NCBI RefSeq assembly: GCF_009914755.1
Contig: NC_060934.1
Direction: 5' to 3' (one strand)
DNA: 64,000 bases
Origin: the human T2T-CHM13v2.0 reference genome, Homo sapiens
This document shows, piece by piece, positions 14,271 to 29,300 of the stretch; the stretch's first letter is position 1; every line of letters begins with the position of its first letter. The notes under the pieces are model-generated. The model had not been told where the DNA came from. It saw only the letters and a program-made list of their open reading frames with translations, and searched no databases. Position numbers and translations under genes: made by a program.

Positions 14271-15460
14271 GCAGAGGTGGCAGCGACAGCGGTGGTCTCT
14301 AAGGAAGGGTACGTTCTCCTCTTCCTAGACTCTGTATTCTAGAGGGTGACCTGTTCTGCTCGTTCTGGAGCACTGGAGATGAACAACGTTTCTGCAGGAA
14401 TCCTGAGTAAGGCAGGGCCCCCATACCCACCATGGTCCCCAGGCCTACACCCTCTTGTTGTGTTGCAGGAACCGCCTGGGACCCCCCCCACACTGGCACT
14501 GGGGGTCAGGGGAGAGTCAGGGCGGGCCCTGTGGGTTCAGGGGTCAGGAACAGGAACTAGCACTTGGGTGTGGGGGTGGCTGGGTCTGAGTTTCTGCTAC
14601 TCCTGTTCCCCAAGGTGTGCAGCCCCAGTGGGCCCGGGGGTTCCTGTCTAGCTGGACCTGGCCAGGACTCGGTTTCAGTGAAGACACTCACACCCACCCC
14701 AGGCCCCAGTTCCTGACCAACTTGGGCCAAAAGGAGAGGCTGAACTTTGGAGGGTGGGTGTGAGTGCCTTCGCTGAAACTGGCCCCTGCCACCCAGTGGC
14801 CAGCATGACAAGGTGAGGCTCTAATGCTACCACTCCCTGCATCCTGTTCTAGGCTTTTCTGGCTTTGCCTGTCCAGCTGCTCCATACCCAGCTAGAGGAG
14901 GAGAAGCAGGAAGCACCAGATGCATGCTGGAGGCTGGAGCCTGCAGATGGCATGGCTCTGTGGCTCGCCTCACTGTGGTTGGTGGCCGTGACAGAGAATG
15001 CAACTCGACTGGAGCGGTAGGAGGGGGCCAGTGGTGGCCAGGTGGTAGGAGCCTTACAGGGTGGGCTGGTGCATTGAGGGTAACAGCAGCAGTGGTTGTA
15101 TTGGCGTCAGTGCTAGTGGTGGCAGCAACAGCAAGTCTGGGGGCTGGGAAGGGGGAATAGGAGCACTGTGGGGCCTGGTCCAGCCTGGATTGGGGAGGAA
15201 GTTGCAGGTGCTGTACTGTGGGCCTTGGTGGCAGTGGTGAAGGTGCAGTCACGGCAAGAAGCCCTCCCCCTTCTCCTGCAGAATCTGGAGTGTCTCTTCC
15301 TCCTGCTGGTGCCTGAGCCATGTGAGAGTGGTAGCATTGTCTCATTCTTAACAAAATTTAGGGGGTGACTATTTGTGTATTTTCTACTTGTTTTGGTTGT
15401 GATAGTCCTGGATTTTTTCAAATTTCATGAATTGGGGAGGAGAAAATATCATAATAGGCT

Positions 15461-15757
<297 letters not shown>

Positions 15758-15789
15758 TAATAGACCTTCTAATTTCCTCACCTGTTTTT

Positions 15790-15915
15790 TCCTTTCTTCC
15801 CATCTCTTTTTTCTTATCATCATCATCATCATCTTCTTCTTCCTCTTCATTTTCTTATGCTGCTGCTTCTATTTCTTGTTTCTATTCTTGTTTCTCCTCC
15901 TCCTCTTGTTTTCTT
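15790..15915. repeat. (TCA)n/(TCT)n pyrimidine-rich low complexity
   Basis: Directly visible. Confidence 0.8.
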
Positions 15916-17159
15916 TATCCCGAGCGGTGGCCTTAACAAAACAACAAACCAAAATTGAGTTAAAAATAAACTACCTGTGTGCTGTATTTTTAAAATAATT
16001 GGCCCATTACTATGTTTTTAGAGATGAGAAAAAAATAGTTCCATAGTTATTTAGTTATTTGGATAGCTATGCTTTCATGATCCTGTAATGTGTTGTAAGT
16101 AGTTATTCAAGGAAACAAGGAACCATCAAATCAAATATTGGTAGCAAACAGCCATTTCATTTCTCTCACATAGTAGTCTGGAGATATCCAAGAGTCATGG
16201 AAGTATTAAGTTCCAATTTTTGAGATCATTAAGTGAACCATAATCCCTTCATTTTATTTTTCTGCCACCATTTTCAAGAGTATTGTCATCTGTATGGTGA
16301 ACCTGGTTCATCATCGCATCTTTGCAACAGGAAAAGGAAGGGGAGGATCATGTGTATAATGTTTTAAGGCCAACATTCACAACCAAAAACAAGGCTTTAT
16401 TAACTTTTGCCTTTAAGAGCCTGCAGTGTTGAGCCCTCTTTTATTCCTAGTATTATTACCTTTGGTATGAACATTTTTTAGTGATTACTGTAGAAGTTTA
16501 TGCATTTTATTGACTAAAGAAACAATCCGTATTGTATCACTTTTCAAGCCCACAGAAATGCATAGGCCTATAATTTAGACACTTTTTAATTATTTTTAAG
16601 GCTGTGAGCCTGTAAAATACTGTCGATATATGTAAAAATATGTATAAATACCACTAGATAGCTTATATTGAAGAGATACTGTCTAGATTTTTGTCCAGAG
16701 TAGATTGGTTGCTGTTTCTTAGGTGTGTTTCTCAATACATTGTCTCAATATTTTAAAGCATATAGAAATTTGAATATTGTTTAACCTCGTATAGTTCTTT
16801 GTTTATAGGTTGTTTAATATTTCTAAAGACTAATAACATCACAGCCCCCTTTAAGATTCAGTAATATTAATAAAATTTGAGGTATATAGAGTTATAATCC
16901 AATAAACCCAGAGGAAAATTGTTAAATTATATAGCTGTAGAGCAGGAAATGAAACCCAGGTTCCAAACTCTAAGGGGTCCATGAGCTACCACACAAGTAT
17001 ATCAGTGGCGGGCATAAATTTGGCAGAATTACAGGATTTTTAAGACAGGGAGCTGTGGAGCCTAACTCTATGAGAACATAAATTTTTAAACTGCATTGGT
17101 GCCTTAGTTTATCCATCGTTCCAATGGAAATAGTACTAAGTTTTTCTTTTTCTTCTCAG

Positions 17160-18270
17160 TTGACTGAATTATTTCCCTAGTCTGTCTTGTTGCCCCTCTT
17201 GATGCCCACATGAGAGGACCTGAGGTAATTTCTGACAGCCTGGGACAGGTTAGGAGAAATCAAAGGTGTCACAAACCCCATTTTAGGAGAAGCCTATTTT
17301 CCTCATGGAACCCCAAGAACTGTAAGCAGACAGGTCCCTCTCAAAATCTAAGGCTCTTGTGTTAGCTGATCTTTTTGATTTGGGTGAGCATCAGAAATTA
17401 GTAGGGAAGAGAGATACAAAGAAAATTATGGATTTGAACATGTATTTATGGTAAGAAAAGTTATGAAGAAAATAAATTTTATATGAGAGAGGATCTTGTG
17501 TGGCAAATTCTTTTCCTGAAGTAGAATGACTAGCAAAGAGGGGAACATAGAAGAAGTCAGAAAGTGCAAGTTTGTCATAGTTGGTCTTTGAAAGGTGTGA
17601 TGGGAAAGAAAATCTTACAACTGCTAGATGTTCTCCTGTCTAGAAGTGTTGTGTGTGTGATGTTTGTACAAAGGAGCTCTAATTAATTGGCTTGAAAGAA
17701 AATGAAAGCTCTTAAGTATTATGAAAAAACAATAGAAACTCTAATGCCTTTTATTTCACATGACTTTAATAATCTTTGGGAAATGAAGACAGTTTCAAAA
17801 TCATTGGTAAAATAAAAAAGTCTTCAAAATTTAGACGTTTGGTCTAAATTAAGTCAGCTTAAATTTGCTTAGTGCTTTAATGTCATAAACTGCTTTGACT
17901 TTGGACGATTTTTCAGTTTACCTGGTTTAGAGCCATTTGATTTCTAGGTAAGGCTTGGGGACAGGTGGAGTTAGCCATGTGTCCTAGCTATGCAAGAAAG
18001 AGTCAGACTTTATCTGCAGTTCTGTCTTGTATCCTAGACTCTGCACCTGGTACATAATTAAACCTTCTTAAACTGGAAAGAAAAATTTGTGTTTTTTAAT
18101 TTTTAAAAGGCATGGGAATATGTTTTTTTATAAAACCAAGTTTCATCTGATTTAGAAAGTTTAAGAATTATTTTATTTGAAAGAAAACAAAGATTAAGCA
18201 AGCTACAGAAGGTTTATGAAAGTTAACTTTGGAAAGAATTCTGTGTGAGCAAGTTGACTAAAATAAAAGG
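17160..18270 (+). mobile_element. ERV1 MER4-group internal sequence fragment
   Basis: gatgcccacatgagaggacctgaggtaatttctgac, ccctctcaaaatctaaggctc and ggagttagccatg motifs recalled from MER4-int-like sequences. Confidence 0.6.
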
Positions 18271-19888
18271 ACAGTGATGTTAGATACAATAAATGCAGGT
18301 ACCCTTCCACTTTATTGTCTATTTCTTCAGTTATAAATATTTACATCTAAAATTTCTACAAACCCCTTCACTATTATATTAAAACACAACTGTGTTCTCC
18401 TTGCATTGCATTCCTTTTTCATAGTATCCTGAAATTTCATTAGTAGACTCAGATTCAGAAGACGGTGGAGAAGAACCTTATGAAAGTATTCATAAGTACA
18501 TTTACTTTAAAGTAAGGCAAGGGTTTTCTGTACGTGGTGGTCATCACAGCATCGTTTGTTGCAGCGAAACATTGGTAAAAACATCAATGTTTATCAATGA
18601 GGAATTGTTCAGATAAATGATGATTTGTGTCTTTCAAGGCTCAGCTGTTAAAAAGCACCCTCTTTTCATCACTTGCTTACATTTGGTTCTGGGCCTGGAG
18701 TCCTTCAGAGGTTACTCAGAACAGTGGACTCCTGTCTCCTGTGACTAATCCAGACAGTGGCTTCCTATTTCATCCTTTATCATTTTCCAAAAGTTTGTGA
18801 AGATAATTTCTTGATGACCCATACTCTTGGTTTACTTTGCAGTTAACAATTTCATTCCTTCACTAGATTATCTGTTTGAAGCTGAGGGTTGTATGTGTTC
18901 ATACTCTGGAGGGGGCAGAGGGAAACAGCTACACCCAAATGAGTTATCTTGCACTAAATGTTCATTATAAGAATGTGAATACATTCATAGATGATAAATC
19001 TGTCAGTAATGTTTACTTGCATGATTCTTAGTTGAAACTTCACTCACTGGTGATACTGTGCTGGTTGGATCATACGTGCAATTCTTATGCATTGGAATTG
19101 CATTCAAACCACCAGTGCCTACCTACTCAATTTTTGTTGCCTTTTGATTAAAAACACTTGTGAATGTTTCTGCTGCATGCAAATATGGGAACTGCAGTTT
19201 CATTCTAAGTAGAAACTCTTTGGCATTGAAATGCCATAATAAGATACACAGCTATCAGTGGGCAACAATTCACTGTTAGTTAGGAATTTACATTGGTAAT
19301 TTTCATATTCTTCATTATCCAGACTTTGTGGCAAGAAAACGACATTCTTTAATTTTTTTTCTGGAAGAATTACACAATATTGCTATTATCAAACCCAACA
19401 CTGTGATAAGTAGAAAAGGTCTAGAAATTAAAAACAAAAGTAGGTAATATTTTCCAACTATGGTTAAATTAATTGCAAAATAACAACCTCTTAATTGTCA
19501 ATTGGGAAACAAGGTTATCATTTAGAGTGAAACAGAACATAATGCATTGCTGGCGCTAGTTACCACTAAAGCCTTTGAGCACTTTATATGTTTACAAAGA
19601 CTCAGTCTACTCATGTGTCCTTCTGTAAATAATCCTACTCTACCAGCATCCCATGTAAATTTTAAAAATTATAATTCTTACCTTAGATTGTAACAAATGT
19701 TCTTCTTATTTAATTATATGTAAAGCAATCTTGTTATAAACTCACATTAGCTTGCCTCATTCCCTGTATGTTTATTATAAAATGTATGGTCCTTTTCAAT
19801 ATATGATAGTTTAAGGATGCATTTAATAGTTTGTTTTAGAACAAAAATAAATCTTTTATTTTATATACAGGAAAATTACAGTCAAATT

Positions 19889-20106
19889 CAGAGGTCAGAA
19901 AACTTCTCCCGTAAAGGGTGAAATAGTAACTATTTTCAGGTTTGCTCAGCATGTGGTCTCTGACAACTGAACTCTGAAGTCATACCAAGACAGCAGCAAT
20001 AAACAATGTGTCAATGAATGAGTGGAGCTATGCTCCAATAAACTTCATTTACAAAAACAAGTGGTGGGCCAGATTTTGACTGGAGGCTGTAGTTTGCTGA
20101 TCCCTG
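19889..20106. mobile_element. MER58A hAT-Charlie MITE
   Basis: TIRs cagaggtcagaaaact / agtttgctgatccctg; internal ccaataaacttcatttacaaaaaca. Confidence 0.85.
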
Positions 20107-20154
20107 AACAATTTTTCTTGAAACAATGAAGTTGGATTGAAATTTGAAAGAATG

Positions 20155-20788
20155 TTGAAGCGGCATCATTCTTCTGGGGTAATACCCAACAGAGGTTCAT
20201 CCTCTCACACCAGGGAAATCAGGGATGTGGACACACAAGAAGTGAGTTTGAGTGGAGGATTAATAGGCAAAAGAAAGAAAAGAGAATAGCTCTCTGTCCT
20301 CCAGAGAGAGAGGGGCACCCGAGTGTGTCTTCCAGTTTCACGGTGACATGCACAGGGTTTTATAGAAGAACTCGAGGAGGTGGTGTCTAACTTACACAGA
20401 GCTGGAGAGATTGATTGGACCAGGTGTGATGTTCGCATAGCATGCAAAGAAGCTGGCCATCCCACCCCAATCTTGTATTATGCAGATGAGGTCTTTGCCT
20501 GACTGGCACCATATTGTTCGTTCCTTACTGTACCTGTGGTTGACAAAGAAAAGGGAAGATGGAACCACTGTGTTGAACATTCATTGGCCGTGTTGAACAT
20601 GCCTGGCTACCAGGTAGCCTTTTCCTATTGGCACAGCTGCTGGCATTCACCTGTGTAAGCTTATCTGTGTCTATAGCGTGATTTTACAGGGTGCTGTTTG
20701 TTAGAAAAGGAATTATTTTGGGGCTGCTTTTTATTAAAAGGAAAACCTTACTGAGGACTTCCTTACCTTCATTATCTGCCTAAATTTC
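20155..20788 (-). mobile_element. ERV1 solo LTR (LTR9-like)
   Basis: tctggggtaataccc...ggacacacaagaagtg...taataggcaaaagaaag motifs. Confidence 0.65.
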
Positions 20789-21089
<301 letters not shown>

Positions 21090-21228
21090 AAGAGATATTC
21101 TTCTGTTTGTGGATTTCTTAGGGTTGAGTCATAGTGACTAACAAGGCTTATCAAGGACAGGGATCAGTGCTTTGGTGGCACTGGTAAAAACAAGCTTATA
21201 AAATGGCTTTCAGAATTAGCTAGCTCTC

Positions 21229-21795
<567 letters not shown>

Positions 21796-22244
21796 AAATA
21801 AGGATGAACTTGTTCTCATGTCATTGTGACACTGGCAAACCACACTGCCCCCAGCACAGTGATATTGTTTAATTATGTGACACATTCTCTAAAATGAGGT
21901 GTTGTTAAAGAGATCTTTTAAAATTGTCTTGTATACAACTCCCCAAATATTAGGAATATAGTTCCATTGGGTGCATATGCAGTAAACATTTATTTGAAAA
22001 TGTAAAAATCTAGCTAATTGGATATACATGAGTTATTAAAATAATTCAAACATTAATTTCTTTTTGAATATTTCATTTTCTTGTTTGTTCTTTGGCAATT
22101 AAACACAATCTGAAGCTCAGTTGATTCTCATTATTTGGGTTTGGAATCACCAATGTTTCAGGTGAATCATGTTAGGGCTAATTGGGGCTCTGAGAAGGGC
22201 TCATTTTCTGTGTGGAAATCATTACTTAAGAGGTGCTTGGCTGG

Positions 22245-22879
22245 TTTGGTCAGCTCGGGCTACCATGACAAAATACCAAAGACTGAGTGACTTCAACAAC
22301 AATGTGGATTTCTCACAGTTCTGGAGGCTGAGGTCCAAGGTCAAGGCACTGGCAGATTAGGTTCCTGATGAGGGCCCCTTCCCAGTTTAGAGAGGGCACC
22401 TCCTCAGTGTGCCCTCATGGCACACTGTGTCCTCTCATGGCAGAGGGAGAGGAAGAGAGAGGGGGGTTGGGGGAGAGAGAGTGTCAGAGGGGGAGAGAGA
22501 GAGGAGGGAGAGAGAGGGGGTTGTGAGGGGAGAGAGACAGTGTCGAAGGGAGAGTGAGGGGGAGGGGGGAGAGAGTTCGAGGGGGAGGGGGGAGAGAGTT
22601 CAAGGGAGAGAGGGACAGAAAAAGAGGGAGAGTGGCAAGGGGAGAGAGTAAGAGAGACAGTGAGGGAGGTGGGAGAGAGAGGGACAGAGAGTATGAGTCA
22701 GGGCTCTACCCCCTTCCTCTTCCTTTTAGAGCAGTGATCCCACCATGAGGCCCCACCTTATGAGGTTAGCCTCATCTAACCCTCATTTTCTCCCCAAGGC
22801 CCCTCCTCTAAATACCATCACATTAGGGGTTTAGGCTTTGACATGAATTTTGGGGGGATGCAAACATTTAGTCCATGTC
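22245..22879 (-). mobile_element. MLT1A-type MaLR LTR with expanded G/A tract (22440-22690)
   Basis: gggctaccatgacaaaatacc...ctcacagttctggaggctg...aataccatcacattagggg. Confidence 0.8.
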
Positions 22880-22901
22880 AAAGGCAACACTGAAGGATCA
22901 T

Positions 22902-24802
22902 TTGACAGCTGAATTGTGTTTCCCAGGAAATCCTACTTTGAAGCCCTAACTCCTGGGACCTCAGATTATGATTGTATTTGGAGATACGGTCTTTAAAAAG
23001 ATAATTAGTGTAAAATGACGCCATCTGGCTGGTCCCTAATCCATAGGGCTGATATACTGATAAGAAGAGGAGATTCAGACACAGACATACACAGGGCCAA
23101 TCCTGTGAAGACGCAGGGAGAAGATGCCGTGTCAAGCCACAGGGATAGGCCTCAGGAGGAACTGAGAGGTGAGAGCATGCTGGCAGCCCTCGCTCACTCT
23201 CGGTGCCTCCTCGGCCTTGGCGCCCACTCTAGCCATGCTTGAGGAGCCCTTCAGCCTGACACTGCACTGTGGGAGCCCCTTTCTGGGCTGGCCAAGGCTG
23301 CAGCTGGCTCCCTCAGCTTGCGGGGAGGTGTGGAGGGAGAGGCACGGGTGGGAACCAGGGCTGCGCATGGTGTTTGTGGCCAGCACGAGTTCTGGGTGGG
23401 CGTGGGCTCAGCAGGCTCTGCACTTGGAGCAGCCAGCCGGCCCTGCTGGCCCCAGGGCGTGAGGGGCTTAGCACCTGGGCCAGAAGCTGCTGTGCTGGAC
23501 TTCTCGTTGGGCCTTAGCTGCCTCACCACGGGGCAGGACTTGGAAACTGCAGCCTGCCATGCCTGAGCCTCCCCGCTGCATGGGCTCCTGCACAGCCCGA
23601 GCCTCCCCAACGAGCGCTGCCCCCTGCTCCAAGGTGCCCAGTGCCATCGACCACCCAAGGGCTGAGGAGTGTGGGCGCATGGTGCAGGACTGGCAGGCAG
23701 CTCCACCTGTGGCCCCCGTGCGGGATCCACTGGGTGAAGCCAGCTGGGCTTCTGAGTCTGGTGGGGACTTGGAGATCCTTTATGTCTAGCTAAGGGATTG
23801 TGAATACACCCATCGACACTCTGTATCTAGCTACTCTGGTGGGGACTTGGAGAACCTTTATGTCTAGCTAAGGGATTGTAAATACACCAATTGGCACTCT
23901 GTATCTAGCTCAAGGTTTGTAAACACACCAATCAGCACCCTGTGTCTAGCTCAGGGTTTACGAATGCACCAATGGACACTCTGTATCTAGCTACTCTGGT
24001 GGGGACTTGGAGAACCTTTGTGTCGACACCCTGTATATAGCTAATCCAGGGGGGACGTTGAGAACTTTTGTGTCTAGCTCAGGGATTGTAAACGCACGAA
24101 TCAGCACCCTGTCAATACGGACCAATCAGCTCTCTGTAAAATGGACCAATCAATTCTCTGTAAAATGGACCAATCGGCTCTCTGTAAAATGGACCAATCA
24201 GCAGGATGTGGGTGGGGCCAGATAAAAGAATAAAAGCAGGCTCCCTGCACCAGCGGTGGCAACCCGCTGGGGCCTCCTTCCACACTGTGGAAGCATTGTT
24301 CTTTTGGTCTTTGCAATAAATCTTGCTGCTGCTCACTCTTTGGGTCCACACTGCCTTTATGAGCTGTAACCCTCACCGCAAAGGTCCGCAGCTTCACTCC
24401 GGAAGCCAGCGAGACCACGAACCTACCAGGAGGAACGAATAACTCCAGACGGGCTGCTTTAAGAGCTGTAACACTCACCGCGAAGGTCTACAGCTTCGCT
24501 CCTGAAGCCAGCAAGACCACGAACCCACCAGAAGGAAGAAACTCCGAACACATCTGAGCATCAGAAGGAACAAACTCCGGACATGCCGCCTTTAAAAACT
24601 GTGACACACACTGCGAGGGTCCACAGCTTCATTCTTGAAGTCAGTGAGACCAAGAACCCACCAATTCTGGACACAGAACCAGCCCTTCCCACACCGTGAT
24701 CTCAGACTTGCAGCCTCCAGGACTGTGAGAAAGACATTTCTGCAGTTTAAACCTCCTGTCTGTGGTGCTTTGTGATGGCAGCCCTCACGTACAGCTGTAC
24801 CA
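22902..24802 (+). mobile_element. MLT1B-type MaLR LTR split by LTR12C
   Basis: gctgaattgtgt...atttggagatacggtctttaaa 5' part; cagcctccaggactgtgagaa 3' part after 24679. Confidence 0.8.
23163..24675 (+). mobile_element. LTR12C (ERV9) solo LTR
   Basis: tgagaggtga... to ...ccaattctggacaca; 4-bp TSD gaac (23159-23162 / 24676-24679); tandem CCAAT repeats. Confidence 0.93.
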
Positions 24803-25624
24803 GGCTGGAGAAGCATGGCTTGGCCTTGAAGCAGCAGCAGAGAGACCACAGAGATGCAGGCAGATGTGGGGTGGGTATCAAGCCAGTTCCCACAGCTTTT
24901 CTGTACCCCCTTAGCTCCTCCTGAACCTGGAGGCCTCTCCCAGCCTGATGGGAAATTGGCTGGGTTTAGTTCTAGTAGAAACTGGGGCAACTTTCTCACA
25001 GACATGCAGGCAGCAAACACACAGAATAGACAGTCGCCTGCATCAATGTCAAGGGGCAAAGTGAAGCACAAACACACATGCGGGCCTAGCCTGCCCAGTG
25101 TGGCTGCAGGATCCCCACTGCAGCCAGGGAAGGTCAGGCATGTGTGTGTGTTTGGGCTGGGATTGGAGTGGGGATTAAGGTTGCAGTGGTTAGCAGGTGG
25201 GCAGGGAGGTGAGGGCAGTTCGCAGGGACCAGCAGGTAAGGCAGACAGAGAACTGCAAAGACAGAAAAGTAAATGGGGCTGCAAATCACAGTGCACAGAG
25301 GCATATGTGGGGCTTGTTTTTGGAAGGCTGAGGATGAATGAGTCATGCGTGTGGTCTCAACTATGCTTCAGGACACCCACTGAGTCAAAGATGCTCACTC
25401 TGGCCCAGGAGGCTAGCTGCTTCTGGCTCCCTTATAACCTTCTAAGAGCCCACTGGAAACTCTCCGGGCCTAGTGGCAAGTGGTCCCCAGTTGTCAGGAC
25501 TCATGGCTGCAGCCTCATTCCCTAAGCTCAAGGCTACCATCCTGCTAATGAGGCACTGATTAATTGGAGTTTTGTCCCATCTGATCATAAACTGATGCTT
25601 GCAAGTCTTAAAAAACAAAATAAA

Positions 25625-25931
<307 letters not shown>

Positions 25932-26339
25932 TTACTGTGTGCCCGGTGGCTTGTTTGGGGTTGAAAGCATAGACGTGAATAAGACATCCTTAATCAACCA
26001 GAATAGTTGATTCTTTTGGAGGGAAGGGGCCCCAGGTAGCTGGTTGTGCACAGGATCCTTGTAGCTTGCCAAGGCATAAAGCCCACTTTCCAGGAAGCCA
26101 GATGCACTGGGTAGTGCCTGGCCCCAGCTGTCCATTGGCCCTGTGCATTACAGGGGGTCTGACCGAGGGAGGGCTCTTTTATTTAGCACTTAGCACTGCC
26201 TGTGAACTTGCCAGCTTCTCTGCCTGTTTACCCTCACTGGATTGAATGTTCCTTAAAGTTTAACATAAAAGAATTTATGTTAAATAAGACAGAGGTCTTG
26301 TTCACTTCTTCTACTGCCTTGCGTGGAATAGCATGTTTA

Positions 26340-27272
26340 TTAAAAAATGAAAGAGAGATTTCAAGAACTTCATTAACTAAAAGTCACACAACCTACATAT
26401 TTAAAAAGGAAATTTTCCTCAAAGGTTTATGGGCTGCAAGGTGGCCATCCCTATAGGCTGGGAAGCGTAGCCCACCCCAGAGCCTTCTAGGCAGAACTGT
26501 GAGGGAGGGGAGTGTGGCACAGGGATCCATGCTGAATGGATTCAAGCACACATATTCAACGCATTACAGGAGGAGCTATGAATACTCAGGAATGGGGTCC
26601 TGGACATGCATGATGGACAAACATGCATGTTACATATAAACCAAGTTCACTTTGGGATGGAAACCTAACACTTAAATGTGTTACAGTTGGGCTATATACA
26701 TCAAAAGGTCTCAGGACACCAAAGCACTCAAGGGCACAGCCTCTGGTAAAGTGGCTGGAGCCAGTCCATGGTTGGGGGTCTTTTTATCAGGAGAAAGTCA
26801 CTCAGTCTCTTGTCTAAATCAAAGCTGTAGTCGTGGCTAGTGGAATGGGGTTCAGTTAGGCCGCGTCTGCTATTTGGTGAGCTGTTGCTGCTGCAACACT
26901 GTTTATCTCGAGGCCAGGGCTTGTTTAGCTGCCAGAGAAATAGAAAAATCTTGTGAGAGTTAGAACACAGTTTACTCCATGCACAGTGTAGGGTGCATGT
27001 CTTAACCCTTGCCTGGTGCAGCCTTAGGCCCTGTGTATAATTTTGGTATCTTATTGCCACAGAGTCTCCTCCATCAGTCTTGTCTTTGTTCTGACATTAC
27101 TCCTGGTCAGTTGTGTCTAAACCCCAAAAGGGTGAGGTATAATGAGGCGTGTCCCACCTTCCATGCCAACATGGCTGGGAAGTCAGTTTTAAGGTTTCCC
27201 TGGGGTACCCTTGGCCAAGAGGGGTTCTGCCCGGTCAGTTGGGGAGCTTAGAATTTTATTTTTTCAGTTTAC
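26340..27272 (-). mobile_element. ERV1 MER4-group LTR (MER49-like)
   Basis: Reverse complement begins tgtaaactgaaaaataaaattctaagctccccaac...cctcttggccaaggg. Confidence 0.7.
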
Positions 27273-28169
27273 ACCTCTTGGTGGAGAAATCTGCAGAGGG
27301 AGCACCTGTTAGGCGCTGGGGCCAGGGGTCCTGGGTTGGGCCTGTGGGAAGTTCACAGTGATGCCGAGTGAGGACGCACCATTCTGGGATGGAATCCTGG
27401 CATGGTGAGCCATGCCACATGGAACGTGTTTGCATCAAGAAGCGTCATTTAGGGGTTTTCTTTCTGCTATGAGCCACAGTCCCTTCACTTCATCAGCGGG
27501 ACTTTCCTTCCGAGAGCCTGGGGAAAACAACTGTGACCTCGGAGCAAGGTTGGGGAGAGGGGACAGCAGCTGCAGACTCAGGGTCAAAAGGCAGGTGGCC
27601 CCCGTCATGATTTGCGTGGCAGGCAAATACCTGGAGCCCCCACGGCCACGTAGACAACACTGGAATCACTCGGGGTGAAGATCAGGTCTGCAGGACACAG
27701 CTCAGTCTGAGTTCTCTACTCGATTTCCCCATCACAACTTGGAAGACAGAGTTGTGCCGGGACCCCGGGGACTGGGGGAGGCAAAGCCAGTGGGGGCGGG
27801 GAGGGCAGGGACCATGAGGGAGATACAGCATCCCAGAAACATTCAAATAAACAACCAGAAAATCAGAGCAACACTGGGTGAGAAGAGGATCCAAGGGCAG
27901 GCGGGCTGTTGTGGATGCCAGCCTGATCTGTGGCACAGTTTGCAAGAGGAGGCTCGCACCAGTGAGTGGCCCTAGAGGATGTGCCGACCTCCCACGCTTA
28001 ACTAACAGACATGGGGCAGGTGTGGTTTTGAACCACAGGAAGACAGTTTACATTTCATTTATTTGTTCATTCTTCCAATAATTGTTTTCATGATAACCTT
28101 TTGTTCCTGGGAACTTTCTCTGCTTCTGTCAAGAATGATATGTTTTAGGATTTTTATGCTTCAGAATAT

Positions 28170-28447
28170 TTATTTATTTTTGAGACAGGGTCTCACTCTG
28201 TTGCCAAGGCTGGCATGCAGTGGCACAATCTCGGTTCACTGCAGCCTCTACCTCCTGTGCTCAGTGCCTCAGCTTCCCGAGTAGCTGGGATTACAGGGGT
28301 GCACCACCACATCAGGCTAATTTTTGTATTTTTAGAGACTGGGTTCCAACATGTTGGCCAGGCTGATCTCAAACTAGACTCAAGTGATCCTCCCACCTCG
28401 GCCTCTCAAAGTGCTGGGATTATAGGCATGAGCCACTGTGTCCGTCC
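28170..28447 (-). mobile_element. Alu
   Basis: Antisense dimer. Confidence 0.88.
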
Positions 28448-28450
28448 TAG

Positions 28451-28792
<342 letters not shown>

Positions 28793-28794
28793 TA

Positions 28795-29070
28795 AAAATA
28801 TTTTTATTTTAGATTCAGGAGATCCATGTGCAGGTTTGTTTCAAGGGTGTATTTTGTGATGCTGGGGTTTGGGTTTCTATTGATCCCATCCCCATACACT
28901 GAGCACAGTACCTGATAGGAAGTCTTTCAAGCCTTACCCCTCCATCCCTCCTTTCTTTTGGAGTTCCCAGTGTCTACTGTTGCCCTATTTATGCCCTATG
29001 TATTCAATGCTTAGCTCCCATATATAAATGAGAACATGTGATATTTGGTTTTCCGTTTCTGTGTTAATTC
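28795..29070 (-). mobile_element. L1PA/PB (old) 3' end fragment
   Basis: catgtgcaggtttgtt...ttagctcccatatataaatgagaacatgtgatatttggttttc. Confidence 0.75.
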
Positions 29071-29300
29071 ATTCCGTAAACATTTATTGAGGACATGGAA
29101 TGGGGGGGGGGTGGCATGCCATGTGCTGAGCTCTGAAAATGCAGACATAAATAAGTTGGTTTCTGCCCTGCAGTAGCTTTCATTCCAGCAGGAGGGTGAG
29201 AGAGTCGCTGTGTAAAAAGTGATAATCACTAAGAAACTGTTAACTGTTGCAGTATTAGTATGTGTGTCAAGTGCTGTGAAAGCCCAGAGAAGGTTGTGAT
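29065..29300 (-). mobile_element. L2 3' fragment
   Basis: ttcattccgtaaacatttattgag motif followed by gtgctgagctctg. Confidence 0.55.

Noticed and set aside
13532-15421. Overlapping Gly/Ala-rich ORFs
   Set aside because: Stop-poor GC-rich tandem repeat; no recognisable protein
24592-25525. 234-aa and 223-aa ORFs on opposite strands
   Set aside because: Partly LTR-derived, no recognisable domain; chance ORFs in GC-rich DNA
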